This document shows, in pieces, positions 26,749 to 39,863 of a DNA stretch of 64,000 nucleotides. The stretch is taken from contig NW_026852414.1 in NCBI RefSeq assembly GCF_026571515.1, positions 1 to 64,000 on the forward strand. Reading direction: 5' to 3'. The notes under the pieces were generated by a model. The model was given only the letters and a program-made list of their open reading frames with translations. It was not told the origin of the DNA and made no database searches. A program made the position numbers and the translations under genes. Numbering within the stretch: position 1 is the first letter of the stretch; each line of letters starts with the position of its first letter. This DNA comes from Ruditapes philippinarum. Lineage: Eukaryota.

Positions 26749-28746
26749 TTTAATGTAATTTATGTATGTATATTCTAGTATTCATAATGTGATATTACAG
26801 TCAATATCATGTGCGTCGAAAACGAAAAACTGTCTGTAAATACTCTGTAGGGTAACAGCGTAATTTTATATTTTTTCATTGTAAATTTGTTTTTATATAC
26901 AAATATTTAAACGAATGTGCAATGTTTCAGAAAGGAAAATAACATATTTGTGTCAAAATTCGTGTATAACTATTTATGTTGTAATCGGGATAAAAAAAAA
27001 CAGGGGTGATACGAGAAAGTTACTTAAACTACAAAATGTTAATTTTAAGAAACTAACACCTATCCTTAAACTTATAAACACATGAAACAAAGTTTGATGT
27101 TCAATTACAATAGTTTTTTATGCGTCTTTTGTTAAACATTTCTCTTTTCTCATGATGTGCATGCATGTACCTTTTTTACTTAAGAGTTTTCATTTGATTT
27201 GTTGGTATTTATATGTTTGTTTGTTTTCAATGTTTTATTTTCTGTTCCAAACATTCGTTGTAGATATTTCGGAAGAATTTCCTCGAATCTCACGAGCCGG
27301 CCACGGGAGCGAAAGCCATTGGTCATATTCTGAGAATTTGATCTGCCGTGTTGTTGTGTTTTCTGGTCTTAAGGGGTTCGTTGACTTAAATATGGCAAAT
27401 ACTTTGCCTTCGAAAGACCATGCTTTTTCGATTCGTTTGGGATCTTTTAAACGTAATGACATTAAAGCTTGCTGATTGGAGTGTGTAAGATCTTCATTCA
27501 AATATATTCTGGTTCCTTTAAGTGACTTTGCATTTTTCATTATATTAATTTTCGTTTGCCTTCTTACGAATTTTACAATTATTGGACGGTTACTGCCTGT
27601 CTTGAACTGACCAATTCTATGTGCAATGTCGATTTCTTCGTCGAGAACAACCAATCCGAGATTGTCTTTACACATTTTCTGGAATTGAATTTTTGTCTGT
27701 AATGAAGACTGTTGGGGGGAATCTTCTTTAATTCCCGTGATACGAAGGTTATTCCTTCGACTGTATTGTTCTTGATCATTTGCATTTTCTTTTAATTTTT
27801 CGTTTTCTAATTTTAATATTTTTAATTCATTGTTCGTCTTTTCTTCTGATTTTTCTATTCTTGTTTCTATAACATGTTTGTTTTCGCTTATTTCGGAATT
27901 AAGTTTTGAAGTGGAGGCTGATTTGTCATAAATTTCATCTTCTAAAATTTCTAATCGTTTGATGACTGATCCTAATAATTGTTCCTTCATTTCTTCAAAT
28001 GTGTCTTTTATTATGTCTCTGATGAATGACCTGTCATCTTTTGTTAAAACGTTGTTGAGTTTTTCATCTATTTTGTCTAGTTTTTGTTCAAGTTTCATCT
28101 CTGCGTTCGTTTCTATCAATTCTGGTGATGCCGCGGTTTTTTGTTTTTTACTTTGTTGTTTTCTTTGATGAGACTTTGAGTTATTTGGGTTGTTTTTTAT
28201 TCGAATGTCATTTCCTAAACTTTTATTTACTGGGTATGTTTCTTCTGTTGTTTCATTTAAGGAGCTAAATGAGTTTGTTATAGCACTAGAGTCTAAGTCG
28301 CTACAGCTAGTGGTGGATTCTTTTTTTCGTTTTGGTGTTCCGCTTTTAACATTCATAATGTATATGATCAAAAGTCACAAGCGATCAAGCAGAGTACGTG
28401 ATAACCGTTAGTTCCCGTTATATCTATCCTATAATAGTCATAACTGTTATACCTAGCCAAGCGTGACGATTTTTTGGCAATACTGTCTATGTGCGATGTG
28501 TTCAGTATTATCACGTGAATCATGCGCTTTACACCTATTTATTAAATGTATACTAAAAAGTTCTGTATAAATATCACCATAAATACTTTATAGATTTCAT
28601 AAATGTTCATACCATTTTGAAGCTATTCCTTTATATATTTAACATACATAAATTCCTTTTTAAGCGTTCAGTAATTCACACAAAATCCGCTGATTTACAT
28701 GATAGACATTTTTACGTGTTTACATTTTAGAACCGGAAGTAGCATG
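26749..28746 (-). mobile_element. ORF1-only (HAL1-like) non-autonomous retroelement, 1998 bp
   Basis: Bounded by the 83-bp repeats. Single ORF1-like CDS, no ORF2. ACTTCCGG at the 5' end and ATTAAA at the 3' end. Confidence 0.7.
27235..28356 (-). CDS. LINE ORF1p-like protein (coiled coil + RRM + CTD; L1 ORF1/Transposase_22-like), 373 aa from first ATG
   Basis: Uninterrupted ORF. A coiled-coil region precedes EQYSRRNNLRITGIKE, IDIAHRIG, RPIIVKF and IYLNEDLT motifs. Confidence 0.88.
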   Translation of the reverse strand: MNVKSGTPKRKKESTTSCSDLDSSAITNSFSSLNETTEETYPVNKSLGNDIRIKNNPNNSKSHQRKQQSKKQKTAASPELIETNAEMKLEQKLDKIDEKLNNVLTKDDRSFIRDIIKDTFEEMKEQLLGSVIKRLEILEDEIYDKSASTSKLNSEISENKHVIETRIEKSEEKTNNELKILKLENEKLKENANDQEQYSRRNNLRITGIKEDSPQQSSLQTKIQFQKMCKDNLGLVVLDEEIDIAHRIGQFKTGSNRPIIVKFVRRQTKINIMKNAKSLKGTRIYLNEDLTHSNQQALMSLRLKDPKRIEKAWSFEGKVFAIFKSTNPLRPENTTTRQIKFSEYDQWLSLPWPAREIRGNSSEISTTNVWNRK

Positions 28747-28829
28747 TCCTAGTTTTAACTGATATTCTCCTTTCACTTAACCAGATGTCTTACTTCTATG
28801 CTATATACAATCATATGAGAGAGTATGAA
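28747..28829. repeat. 83-bp perfect direct repeat, copy 2
   Basis: Identical to 26666-26748. Confidence 0.97.
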
Positions 28830-29659
28830 GGCACCATATCTGACTTTCAGGAATAAGAAGACAACAGGAACATCGTGTAAAACAATGTATTTCACTCAGA
28901 CATTGTTTTCATAAATATGTTTCTGATTTGCAATAAGAAATATTGTTAATGCTTTTAAGATACTGACGTAGATAATCCAGTCGTTCAATAAATTTTAAGT
29001 ATCAAGTCGTAAGCGAGGGGTATTTAACTTTAAACAAGGTTTTAAAGTATAAAACGGTTTTTACTATTCTTTATAATCTGACAAATGTAAATTACGTTAT
29101 AAGCGAGTTTGCAATCGAGGTAAAGTTCACAAATTCAGCAATTAAAAATGGTACACCGCAAGTAGTTCTCCGGTCATATAAATATAATGAGGAAATAAAA
29201 ACATCATATTTGGATACATGCCGTTTTAAAATATAATCAATTTTCGTTGTTAGAGACGATATTATTTTTGTACCATACACATAGAAACCATATTAAAATC
29301 TAACAACACCTGACATCCCTTTACATTTCCTTCTTGAAATATTGAGCGCCATGCAAATAAACGTATTTATGTAAAATAATGTTTAGTATTAGCAGCCACA
29401 TAAAGAGTAAAATGGTTTGCATTAATGTGCATTAATTCAGATAACCCGAGGGAAAAGCTGCAAACTCATGATTGTTTTGCTATACATAAAACAGAAATTG
29501 ATCCTATAATGTAACACCGTCGTCAAAAGTCAATCAATTTAGACACGACAATAATAAAAAAAATAATCTAGCTAATTAACCCAACATGAATTATATATAA
29601 CTGTTTTATGCCATTCTCAGAATGTGTTAAATGAATGTGACTTTTAAGCTTTGGAAAAT

Positions 29660-29733
29660 ATGAATTTCTTAAATGTTCAAAGGAAACTTGGTATATTTTC
29701 AAGTGCGGAAATATTATTTCGAAAATGTTCAAG
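29660..29733 (+). CDS. Variable mini-exon V10: MNFLNVQRKLGIFSSAEILFRKCS + AG, donor GTAACT
   Basis: 74 nt, open. Upstream ~370 bp is homologous to that of V2/V6. Confidence 0.8.
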
Positions 29734-29749
29734 GTAACTGCTATTTATT

Positions 29750-30146
29750 ACATACTTATAAATGAAATATTGAGAAATATTGATGAAATAAAATGCGTAT
29801 TTTCATTTTACGTTTTTTCATTGTAAAAATCATTTTTCACTGCATTGAAACATATTTTCCGTATTTTCACTGGTGTTTTGTCGGACTACCTTTTTCCTAA
29901 ATTCTGCCAGTACACAAAATTAAAGGGAAAGTCTTTCAAATAGCAATGTCAAAAAGAGAAAAATGTATATAATAAACAGAACATTCATGTTTTTGCTATA
30001 AATACAGGATTTATTTTCATCTTGTGGTATGCAAATGATCATATTTCACACGTGGCTACCATGAACTCATGCAATATTGAATTTTATACCACTCAATGAA
30101 AATAAATCCTGTATTTATAGAAAAAATACTTGAATATCCTCTTTAT
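29750..30146 (-). mobile_element. Non-autonomous element of the 'AGAGGATATT + long palindrome' family
   Basis: Ends in aatatcctct with an imperfect palindrome at ~29990-30127 and ttttcactg motifs. Related to 34433-35587 and 38273-38674. Confidence 0.55.
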
Positions 30147-31032
30147 ATTTTTTATCTAATTGATAATAATAATACATAAATAATATTAACATAATAAGCT
30201 TCTTCTAGGCGGAAATCTATATTGACAGTCTTCTTAATTGTTTTAAAGAGTTTGTTGCTATATCAGGTTTGTAAAACTGACATTTTCATGTTTATTGTAA
30301 ATTACGCATTGCTTTTATTTTTAAACGACTTAACAGGTATTGCGTCATGATATATTAAAAATCGAATCAATTTCACAGTCTGTGACCATTTAGGTGCATT
30401 TTGAATTGTAAATATAGTTTGTTTACTAGTTTACCGCTATATTGAGCGAGCAGTTACCTTTACGCGATTTATATATCGACAGAAAAGCTATACGTTTGCC
30501 AATAATGATGATGTTTGATCACATAGACAGAACATATTGACTAACTAAAGATTATTAGGAAAATGAAAAAAGCCACATATATGATATAAAGTTACATGTC
30601 AACTTAATTACATGAGTGTCATGTATCGTTTAATGTATCTAAAACGGAAAAAAATCTCATAAACTGAAATCAATTATTTTCTTGAAAACATTATTATTAT
30701 TACTATAACGGATAACACCTGACTCTTTTTGAAATATATCTATCTAAATCCTGAACTACACATAAAGCAAGTTTAAATTATTTTCTGTTATAGAGACGCA
30801 ATGTCAGACAACCGTATGTAGAAATGATAAATATCGTCAAAACATATAAATATCATTGTTAATTGTGTTTCGTAATTGTATGGGCGTCAAGAGGCATTAA
30901 TTTTAAAACAAACTTAGCGACGAATTGTCTACTCAGTTAACAATCATAGTATACATAACTGATTTTGCGAACTATTTTTTGTATATTTTGATACTTTGCA
31001 GGAAGGATGTCAGCCGTTGAATTTCGTTAAAT

Positions 31033-31073
31033 ATGAACCTCTTGCAAATTGTATGAAAAAAGCAGGTGTATGT
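31033..31073 (+). pseudogene. Truncated pseudo-exon V11 (MNLLQIV*...)
   Basis: Upstream ~30880-31030 is homologous to the V1/V5 module. ATG AAC CTC TTG is followed by a stop and loss of the 3' half. Confidence 0.5.
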
Positions 31074-32251
31074 CAGTTAACTTATATTTTAAGCATTTAG
31101 GCTCATAAATGAATTTACTTTATGAATAAATATATAGTACATTTCTTAAAGGACTTTACTCTGATTTTCTTGCATATCGGAATATCCGTCCCGAGGGGTC
31201 CCGCCCAAAGGGTTAGACAATTGTTGGAAGAATCGATGAACAAGGAAAAACAGAAATATTAATGTTTAGATTTAGTGTATTGATAAATTGGAAAAAAAGT
31301 TTTGCTTTTGATTTTTTTCAAAGGATTGTAAATTATAGTACAAATAAGAATCATAATATATATAATGAGACACAGTCATAAACATATTATATCTTTCCTT
31401 ATGACACTTTTGTATATTTGATATCTGTGTATGTATTGATAACTTATTTTCGTAGCGTTTCACTTGTTTTCTAATTTGATTGTTACAGTATTTGTTCGTG
31501 TTAATTACCGCTGGGAATATTGTTCCACATTGAGCAGACTAAAAAAGAGAGGATTATAAAAACGGTGATAAACTCCTTTGTGTTAATGTGGCAATTACAT
31601 AAATGTGTTTTTTTTTCTACTGTTATATGTGGCATTTTCTTACAATAATGCTCTGAGTTACCTTTGTCCTTTGAGAAAACTCGTGTATTTGTTTGTTTTT
31701 AACTGTTCATCTGTTGTCAGCCCAGACTTGATTCTATGAAAATAACGACATACATGCATATTAAATTCGTAAATCAAAATGTCAGATAATTATGTGTTTA
31801 TCGGTACATGTATCTTAAAGGAAACCTTTGTGGCGCTTTGTTTAAAACAAGCTAATAGTGAAATCCATGTCAAATATCATACACAGAACTATTCAACAAT
31901 AGATATGGTTTGTTCTGTATTTGAGGCATTATTTGTAATTTGTTGCTTTATTTTGTACATACAAAAAATGTAATTTCAATTTCAAAAATGAGCAGGAGTA
32001 CATGTCATTTATAATATATACCGGTATTGTGTGCTTGAGTGCATGTAATTTACTAATTATTTTGTAAATGGAGAAAATATGTCGTATTGCACTTAAGGGA
32101 CTTATTTCATCAATTGTTAATTATACTGTTTTTATTGAATCAGAAAGAGCAAAACAGATATGACATACATGGTTTCAATTCAAACCATGTGATATGACAA
32201 TGGACGATGCATTTCATGTGAGAGGAAAGTGAGGACGTTTGAAGTCTATTG

Positions 32252-32608
32252 CACGAAAGACCGATGGGGACATATGTTCATGAAAATCCGATTTCAACGT
32301 CACAAATTCCCGACTTCAACTTCATGAATTCAATCAACTTCACGAATTCAAGTTTTCAACTTCAAGTCTGCAATATTTTCAATTTTGACGTATTGAGCTT
32401 TCTTTAGGGATTCTTATTTTCTCTATGTTTTCACTAATTGAAATTCATGAAGATGATTGTGATGTTAGAATTGTGAACTCGTGAAGTTTAAATCGTGAAT
32501 TCGTGAGTTCTGTATCTTGAAATCATGAATTTATGAAGTTGAAGTTATGAATTCATGAAGACGAACCCGATAAGTGAAGAAATTGAATGTCACCACCGAT
32601 CTTTCGTA
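32252..32608. mobile_element. MITE with ~22-bp imperfect TIRs and internal short repeats (possibly IS3EU-related)
   Basis: cacgaaagaccgatggggacat / atgtcaccaccgatctttcgta, with mirrored ttcaacttcatgaa repeats inside. Absent from the paralogous region near 23340. Confidence 0.7.
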
Positions 32609-33835
32609 ATGTTGTATGCTAACCTTCTTAAAGCAGACGATTTTGTTATAAAACTAAGTCCTTACATGTAGCAAGAGTCGAGGAAAACAAAATGTAACTT
32701 TCGTTCGCTTTCATACAAAATTGACAATTTCTGTTGTAAATAAACCAAACTTAAACATGTGTGATTATAATTGGAATATTACTGTGAATTTGTTAAGCGT
32801 TAAAAATTAATTTAAAATTGAAATATTTTTTTAAATCAATTTATTTTACTTCATTAATATTTTTAAGAGACCGTGTTACTCATTTTTAAGTTGAGCTGAA
32901 TTGACCTGATTTCAAAAGACTGACTGTTTTGATGGTGAATGACCAAAAGTTGATACTGGAAAATGATTTGGATTAAATCCGAATCTGCCTAAATTCTAAT
33001 AAGGTCGCCACATTGAACGTTACAGGTAAAATCCGAAAGATATATACAGAACAGTCATATAAGTTTATGCAAAGTAAATTATTAAAGTGAAAGGAATTAT
33101 GGCATAATGTAAAATTATTTTGACTTTCACATTTTCGCTCAATATATACCTTAGTTGGGAATAATGTCATTTTAATTTCAAAATTGTTTATTCAAGATTG
33201 AGTGTTGACTCATAGGCGGATGCTCCTCTGACCTTATTTCGCCATTGACGGAGAGAATTTATGGAGTCGTCCTTAAAAGTAAAAACAACCTTTTATAATA
33301 AACATGTCAACTTATAATAAGTACTAAATATATCAAATTGAATATGTTATTATATTGTAATAAAAAGTACCCATTTTGCTATTGTTTACGTAAATGTCAT
33401 AAGATTATTTCTAATAGAATAAAAATTTTGCTCTGTGGCTATATTGTATATCTTCGAAGTATGTAATACATGGATGTGATACACATTTCTATATATATAA
33501 TGGAGGAATCATTTAACAGATTATATAATATTCCATGGCATTGCCAAGCTGATCACCTTACATATTGCTGTTAAACAATTTAATCATTTTAAATAACCAT
33601 TCGTTGATGATAATCTCCAACAAGTTCAATTATTTCTCTTAAAAGCTATGTTGCATTGAAAACCAATAAGAAAACATATTAAATAGACCTATGGAAAAAG
33701 GTTCGCTTATTATCAATACTTTTGCTTCTGAAATTGGTAAATATTTATAAGTAAACTCATTATTAATTTGTAAGGCATTTAAAGCAGAAAATGTTGAGAC
33801 TATGACAATGTGTTTGTATCTACATTTATTTTTTG

Positions 33836-33877
33836 ACCATTTTGCAAGGCAAAAAAGCTTTTTAAGATATTAACAAG
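33836..33877 (+). pseudogene. Pseudo-exon V12 (3' half of V4/V9 type; ...AKKLFKILT + AG|GTAGGT)
   Basis: Flanks are homologous to V9 flanks. The 5' half and ATG are missing, with an in-frame TGA just upstream. Confidence 0.55.
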
Positions 33878-34432
33878 GTAGGTCCTGTTAGTGTAATTAT
33901 CAAGCTGTTTCTTTTATAAATATAACTATTAAAGTTGTAATATCATGCTTGTTCCACGGCTTGCATGCATAAATAAATTGAATAATAGTTAGGGAGAAGA
34001 GTTTCCTTAGCATGTCATGCATATCCTTAAACAGAATAGGATAAATATGGCTGGCGATTTTTTGTAATTAATTGTAGAACTATTAACGATTGACCTAGTT
34101 TTAACTTTATCACAATTAAAACATTTTAGTAAGACTATCTGTTTATTAATTAAAACGCTGGCTACAATTATTTGCAGTTATAATCAATAATGTCTAATAT
34201 TGCAATTTTCATTATTTTTAATTGCTTCATCGATTAGCACATATATAATTATAAACTATTAAATGACAAATATATATCGATTTGAAATAAGTAAAGGAGG
34301 GCGTTGATTCACCAAGGCTCTTGTTGAAATAAGAAGTACATGTATAATCAGAAAGGTAATAATTCTACTCTGCAAATAAAGCAATATATCAGTTGCGGTT
34401 TGATTGGTCCTTTATAAAATATTGTTGAAATA

Positions 34433-35587
34433 TATAGAGGATATTTGTTTGTTTGTGTGTAAGATGAAATTTTATTTCATCGAGTGGGCTTTTAAAACAG
34501 TATTCTCACGAGTGGCGTAGCCACGAGTGAGAATACTGTTTTTAAAGTTCACGAGATGAAATAAAATTACATCTTACACAACAAACAAACAAATTTTCTT
34601 TTTATTTTATGCTAAAAAACAAGTTTAAACGAAATTTCCATAATATTAACATAAATATTAAAATCTGTTTCCCCATTGAGAGCCTCATTTCGTGCGAATT
34701 TCTCATTAAAAACAAGAAGTCTTGAGCTGAAAAATAAGTCCGACAATCAACATTAAATGACAGTGATATTATTTATTTTGTTTAAAAAATATGAATGATC
34801 GCTTGTTTTAATAATAAAAACAAACAATTCGTGTAGGAGAAAATTCCAACCATCCATCCATATTTCTGTTACTTACTGCGAATTTATATTAGACCTGGCT
34901 TTGTTAAATGTAAGCGGCAGCCATTTTTTAAAGTTGTGTATTTCACGGAGGAAAATAATTGTGTTTGATTCAGAGCGATATCATTTGGAATTGTTAGTCA
35001 TACACCTTTTTAAAAGAAAGAAAACATATTTGAGGATTGAAACAGACAAAAAATAAGTGTTGACAGATGTGAAAACATGAAAAAAGCAGCTATGAAAATG
35101 GAAGACTTGGAACTTGCTCGGAATGCTGGGTGGTTTACTTGTTCTACGAGCTGTAGCTGTCACTGCTTTTCAATTTTTCATAAAGCATACGGCAGTTATT
35201 ACTCGTAGGGTACTTTAATATGCCCAAATGTCATCAAGAGCAGTTTGCATGTGGAAGGAATGTATTTTTCAGACTGTAAAAATGAAACAAAAAAATTAGA
35301 GACGAAATTTGGTGATTGGAATTTGAATGAATAGAAGTAAGTTTTCTTCTTTTTATTACTTTTGACGTTTAAGGTATTTATCAATTTCAGCTTTGCTTTT
35401 TCTTTAAACAGCCTGACATTGTCAGAATTGTCAGCAAAAATAAAATTGAGGTACCACATGGGGAAAATCTTAAAAAAGTAGTTTCGTCATTGAAAAAAGT
35501 GAAATTATATTTTGATAATTTTCACTGTGAAATTACCAAATATAATTTTCACGGATAAATCAGTAATCCACTGAAAAGCATAAAATA
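34433..35587 (+). mobile_element. Non-autonomous element starting TATAGAGGATATT with a 152-bp palindrome (34443-34594); tentatively Crypton-like
   Basis: Near-perfect hairpin centred on cacgagtggcgtagccacgagtg, no TIRs, and relatives in the window. The superfamily call is from memory and tentative. Confidence 0.6.
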
Positions 35588-36899
35588 AAACAAAATTAAT
35601 TTTAATTAGATATCTTGATAAAGATATTGAAGCATGTGTGTATCATTAAATCCTTCTTCAAAGAATGAAATATGCAAATGATTTGATTGAATTGGATATA
35701 TACTTTCAATAACATTTCAATTAAATTTTTGATTACACTAAATATGTAATGGTGAACAGTGATGAATCTTTAGATCTATCACAAATATACATAGTATATA
35801 GCTTCTTTGCAACTGGTGAAGAAATGAATTATAAAACTCAGCTACATACACTTATCTATCTTTAACCAGGGTTACCCTTTAAACCGGTCAAATTGTTCGT
35901 TCAATTCCTTTTTGCCGTTTCTCTATTTATATTCTCTCTATAATCTAGAAAACCTACAATTCAGAAACGGGACATTTTCTGTCTTATATTACATTTTATG
36001 TTTATAAAAATACGAAATAGATAGTTTCTCATTTTATAGAATGTTTAGTTTTAAACATTATGTTACATTATGTTACTTTAGGGAAACAGTTCGTAAACGA
36101 TTGTTCTTTTACCTTTATTTTAAAGGATAAATGCTCCGAAACGATTGTCAATCTTTGTTTCATTCGCTAACACCTTTCAAATACATTTTACTGTTTGTAA
36201 TTAAGCTTTGATTATGCCAAACAATTTGAAGCTGTAACATGATTTAATTGATCCGACAATCATTTCGTGTCAACATGCAATCATAATATTACTAAAGTAA
36301 CAGTTAATTTCTTCTTATAATTTATACATCTTTATTGATTATTTTAATTGCTTGGAACACATTGATATGCTATCATATATATAAAGATCGTCTTGACGTT
36401 GTGAAATTTTTACTCTTTTTAGCTTAGGTGTGCTTTTCACTTAACTATTTGGTAAACGCTTCTATATAATAATTATTCTCAATAAATATAAAGTATTAAT
36501 GTTATTTCAAAATACATTATTATTCGTATATATCTTTACTCTTTTTACGTAAGATGTGTTAGACGTAAGATATAAGACTTGCAAGAATAGATGAATTTAG
36601 ATGTTTCACTTGGGAAATTATATTTATGTAAGAGATAAAAGTATTGTTATTAGTAATGTTTAAGGTGCCGATACTTTGCAACCTTTAAGTAAGCTTTTTG
36701 ATAACGTGCGTGTTTTTCGCTTATCAAGACAGGTCAAACAAATGTCTTTAAGATATGAAGCGTGTTATGTAATGTGTTATTACAACATGTAGGAGAAGAT
36801 CATCTGTAGGCTTTCGTTATCGTTTTAATTCATCATATAATATTAGTTGCTCTCTGACACAATTAGACATTCGTACGGATATTTTCTTTTATAATCTAA

Positions 36900-37700
36900 T
36901 TGCAGGTTGGAGAGATATGTAAAAAAAGCAAATAAGGTAGCGAATTGTAATTAATTAATATGTTCTCGTATGATCTTACCTTAGACAGTAGCAATTAAAG
37001 AAAGATGGATGATGGATTTTAAATTTTTCTGTTTAATAATCTAGTCCACTTATGCGGGTACCAAATGTTTGAAATTTTTTTCTCTAATTACAACTCTTTT
37101 TAAACAGATTTGAATTTACTCAGCACTATGATTGGTATGAATTCTGTTTTAAACAATTTACTAAGGATAGCATTTTGACACACATTTGGAGTAATCTTGG
37201 TATGCTTTGTCCTTCAAATTGAAATCGGGAGGTTGAATATCTTAAGACTAAATTTGACTATTATAACAATATGCTGGAAAAGGTGTGGTCCGTAGAGAGC
37301 AATTAAAGAGAAAAAGGTGACAATCATAAAATCTTTTTGACCATGTATGGCAATAAAGACAATGAAATGTTCAACATATCTCGCGAATTAAGTGAAAATA
37401 TAAATCTGCGAATACTTATAACAACCCACATGTAAATCTCAGTAGAAGTTAATGTCTATCACAATTATGGATCATATTTCTATTTTTGTCATTTTTATTC
37501 TGTTGTCCTTGTTCCAATAAATGGGTTAACATTTCTTGTCCTGTTAACAATAAAGAATTTCTCTCCTCTGAATTGTTTTTCGATATGTTTATAACATTTT
37601 TGTCGCTTAGTACTTTGTTGCGATTGTTTCATTTAAGAAATTTAAATATGTCCCTGATGAAATGACCACGGTATTGATGTATTTTATCTGTTTTGTATAT
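36900..37700 (+). mobile_element. Heavily decayed RTE-like reverse transcriptase remnant, triplicated with block B
   Basis: Ordered vestiges resembling AG..KGCG..EQ, FDHVW (KAFDxVW) and MFNISREL, across many frameshifts. Confidence 0.35.
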
Positions 37701-38272
37701 CAGACTACTAATGGTTTTGCCAAGGTGTCGACTGCCTTGATTTAAACTGGGTGATGTGTAAAGAGCAACATTATAATTAGGTTATATATTATTTACTTTA
37801 TCAAGACAGAGAACGCTGTCATTTCATTTTCCGAATGAGCAGAAGTGCTTTTATAATATATTTTGTGCTTGAACGCATGTTATTTACTAATTAATTTTGT
37901 AAATGGAGAAAATATGTCTCCTAGTACTGTAGGGACTAATTGCATTAATTTTTAATCATACTGTTTCTATTTGATGAAAAATAACAAAAGCATTGCTGAA
38001 TTCAGAGATGTCTTTTCGTAGCGATATGACAATAAAAGATTTATTTAACGTATGGGTATAGGTAGGGAAGTTTAAAGTTTCTGTACCTAGTAACATGTAC
38101 ACAAAACTGATTTTAGGTGCCTATTAAAGTGACATTATGCCTATCCTAGGGTATAAAGTGAGTGAACAGTTGAAAATCAAAATAATTTTACATTTTGCGA
38201 AAATTCCTGTCAATTTTTATAATTTACATCGCCTGAACGATAAATTACTCATGTGGCCCAAGGAAATTTTAT

Positions 38273-38674
38273 TTATTACATGTTTTCCGGTAGTTTTTAG
38301 AAATATATCAGTGAAAAAAACCCTGATATTTCACTGTTTGAAACTGTGAAATTATCAATTTGATAATTTTCACTGTTTTGAACTTAAGCCCGTTACGCTA
38401 TTTTAGTGAAATATCAGCGTGCACAGTACTGGAAACCAACTTACTGACATGACGTCGTAAATGACGTCACATTGTATTATTTTTTGGCGCGCTTTTCATT
38501 AAACATTAGGTTAAACGTTTCTTTGTATAACATAAAAAGAAAATTTGTTTAGTTTAGTGTAAGATCGACCTATATTTCACTTCGTGAACACCAAAAGTTC
38601 ATATATATACCTTTAAGTGCACACTAGGTGAAATATATTCCGATCTTACACTGAACTAGACAAATATCCTCTAT
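38273..38674 (-). mobile_element. 'AGAGGATATT/palindrome' family insertion
   Basis: Absent from the paralog at ~46000 (empty site). Ends aatatcctctat with a partial palindrome at ~38540-38665. Confidence 0.75.
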
Positions 38675-38979
38675 GTAATTATCCGTCAGAATTTACCCGT
38701 GACGTTCAATTTATAAAAAAGAGTGAAACATACTTTTTATATTTTAGGCTGATTTATATTTATATCAAAAACATTTTCCAATTAACTTTTGGTCAATGAC
38801 AATAAGAACAATCAATCTTTTGAAATATTTAGTCAATTCAATTGAAATTAACTGTGAAAATATGAGCAAATCACAAATGAGTCAGAAAGCAAAACTCTAG
38901 ATTTCCTGTGGTATCTGAGCAATTAGAAATTTCAGTTGTTGATAGAAAAACAACTAAATAATGATTGATTATAATTGTA

Positions 38980-39658
38980 AAAGTGAAAAATAGAATCCCT
39001 AAAGAAAGCCCAACACGGCAAAATTGAAAAATGTTGCAGGCTCGGTTTGATTGAGCCTGTTCATGGACGTTACTGGAAAGTGCAAGTTACCGTCAACGCC
39101 CCCTAGCACCGGCTCAAGCAGAATCCAACATTTAAACACAAAAATGGTAAAATTTTAATTTAGAAACATCTGCAGATGTGTTCATACGGCGGTTATCATG
39201 GAACCTTTAATGTGACACAGTAGTGTCATTCAATGAAAAGCGGCGTATGGTCCCCAAGTAAAAGAATGCTTGTGTCCTAAACGAGAAAACAATGGGCGGA
39301 ACTAAATAAAATGGAATTTTGAAAGGGGATCTGAGGTTATGAAGCCTGCATATCACAGACAAGACGCCAAAAGACAAATTTAAAAAACAGGCAACATATC
39401 CTAAGGTTGATTATACAGTATTCAAGTAGGAATACTGGAACCACCCTAATTGAAAAAGGCCAAATACAAGAAACTTAAAATACCATCTGATATGTATACA
39501 CAACAATAATGTCGTGCTGAACGAGATTCCAGGATCGAAACTATAACATCATTGATTAAATGTACGGGGATACTTTTTACAGCCGCCACACGGCACAAAT
39601 AGCACGGATGTGACAATGAAATAATGAAAAAATAGAATCCCTAAAAAAGCCAAACATA
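38980..39658. mobile_element. ~680-bp insertion bounded by ~30-bp direct repeats (gaaaaatagaatccctaaa.aaagcc.aaca)
   Basis: Absent from the paralog at ~46300. Repeats at ~38985-39015 and ~39627-39657. Class unknown. Confidence 0.6.
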
Positions 39659-39797
39659 ACTATTACGTACAAAAGGTATATGATGATTGTTAAAAAGTGT
39701 TAAAAATCATTATTATATGATCTAATTATAGCTGCAATCTCGTTAGCCATCGTCTCGGTCAATATGTCATCTGCCGGTGAAGATCACATCATATTCA

Positions 39798-39863
39798 ATG
39801 GCCAACTAGCCAATAATTGTAAAGTATATTCTCTAGTGCTGAAATAGTGCAGAAATGTTGAAG
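39798..39863 (+). pseudogene. Pseudo-exon V13 (V8 type)
   Basis: ATG GCC AAC TAG, then aaagtatattctctagtgctgaaata...gaaatgttgaag. Donor lost (GA). Confidence 0.55.

Larger units (their letters stand above)
36500..38978 (+). repeat. Segmental duplication block B, copy 1 (paralogs ~44223-46295 and partial ~42491-43687)
   Basis: Colinear, highly similar sequence in three copies. Confidence 0.92.
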
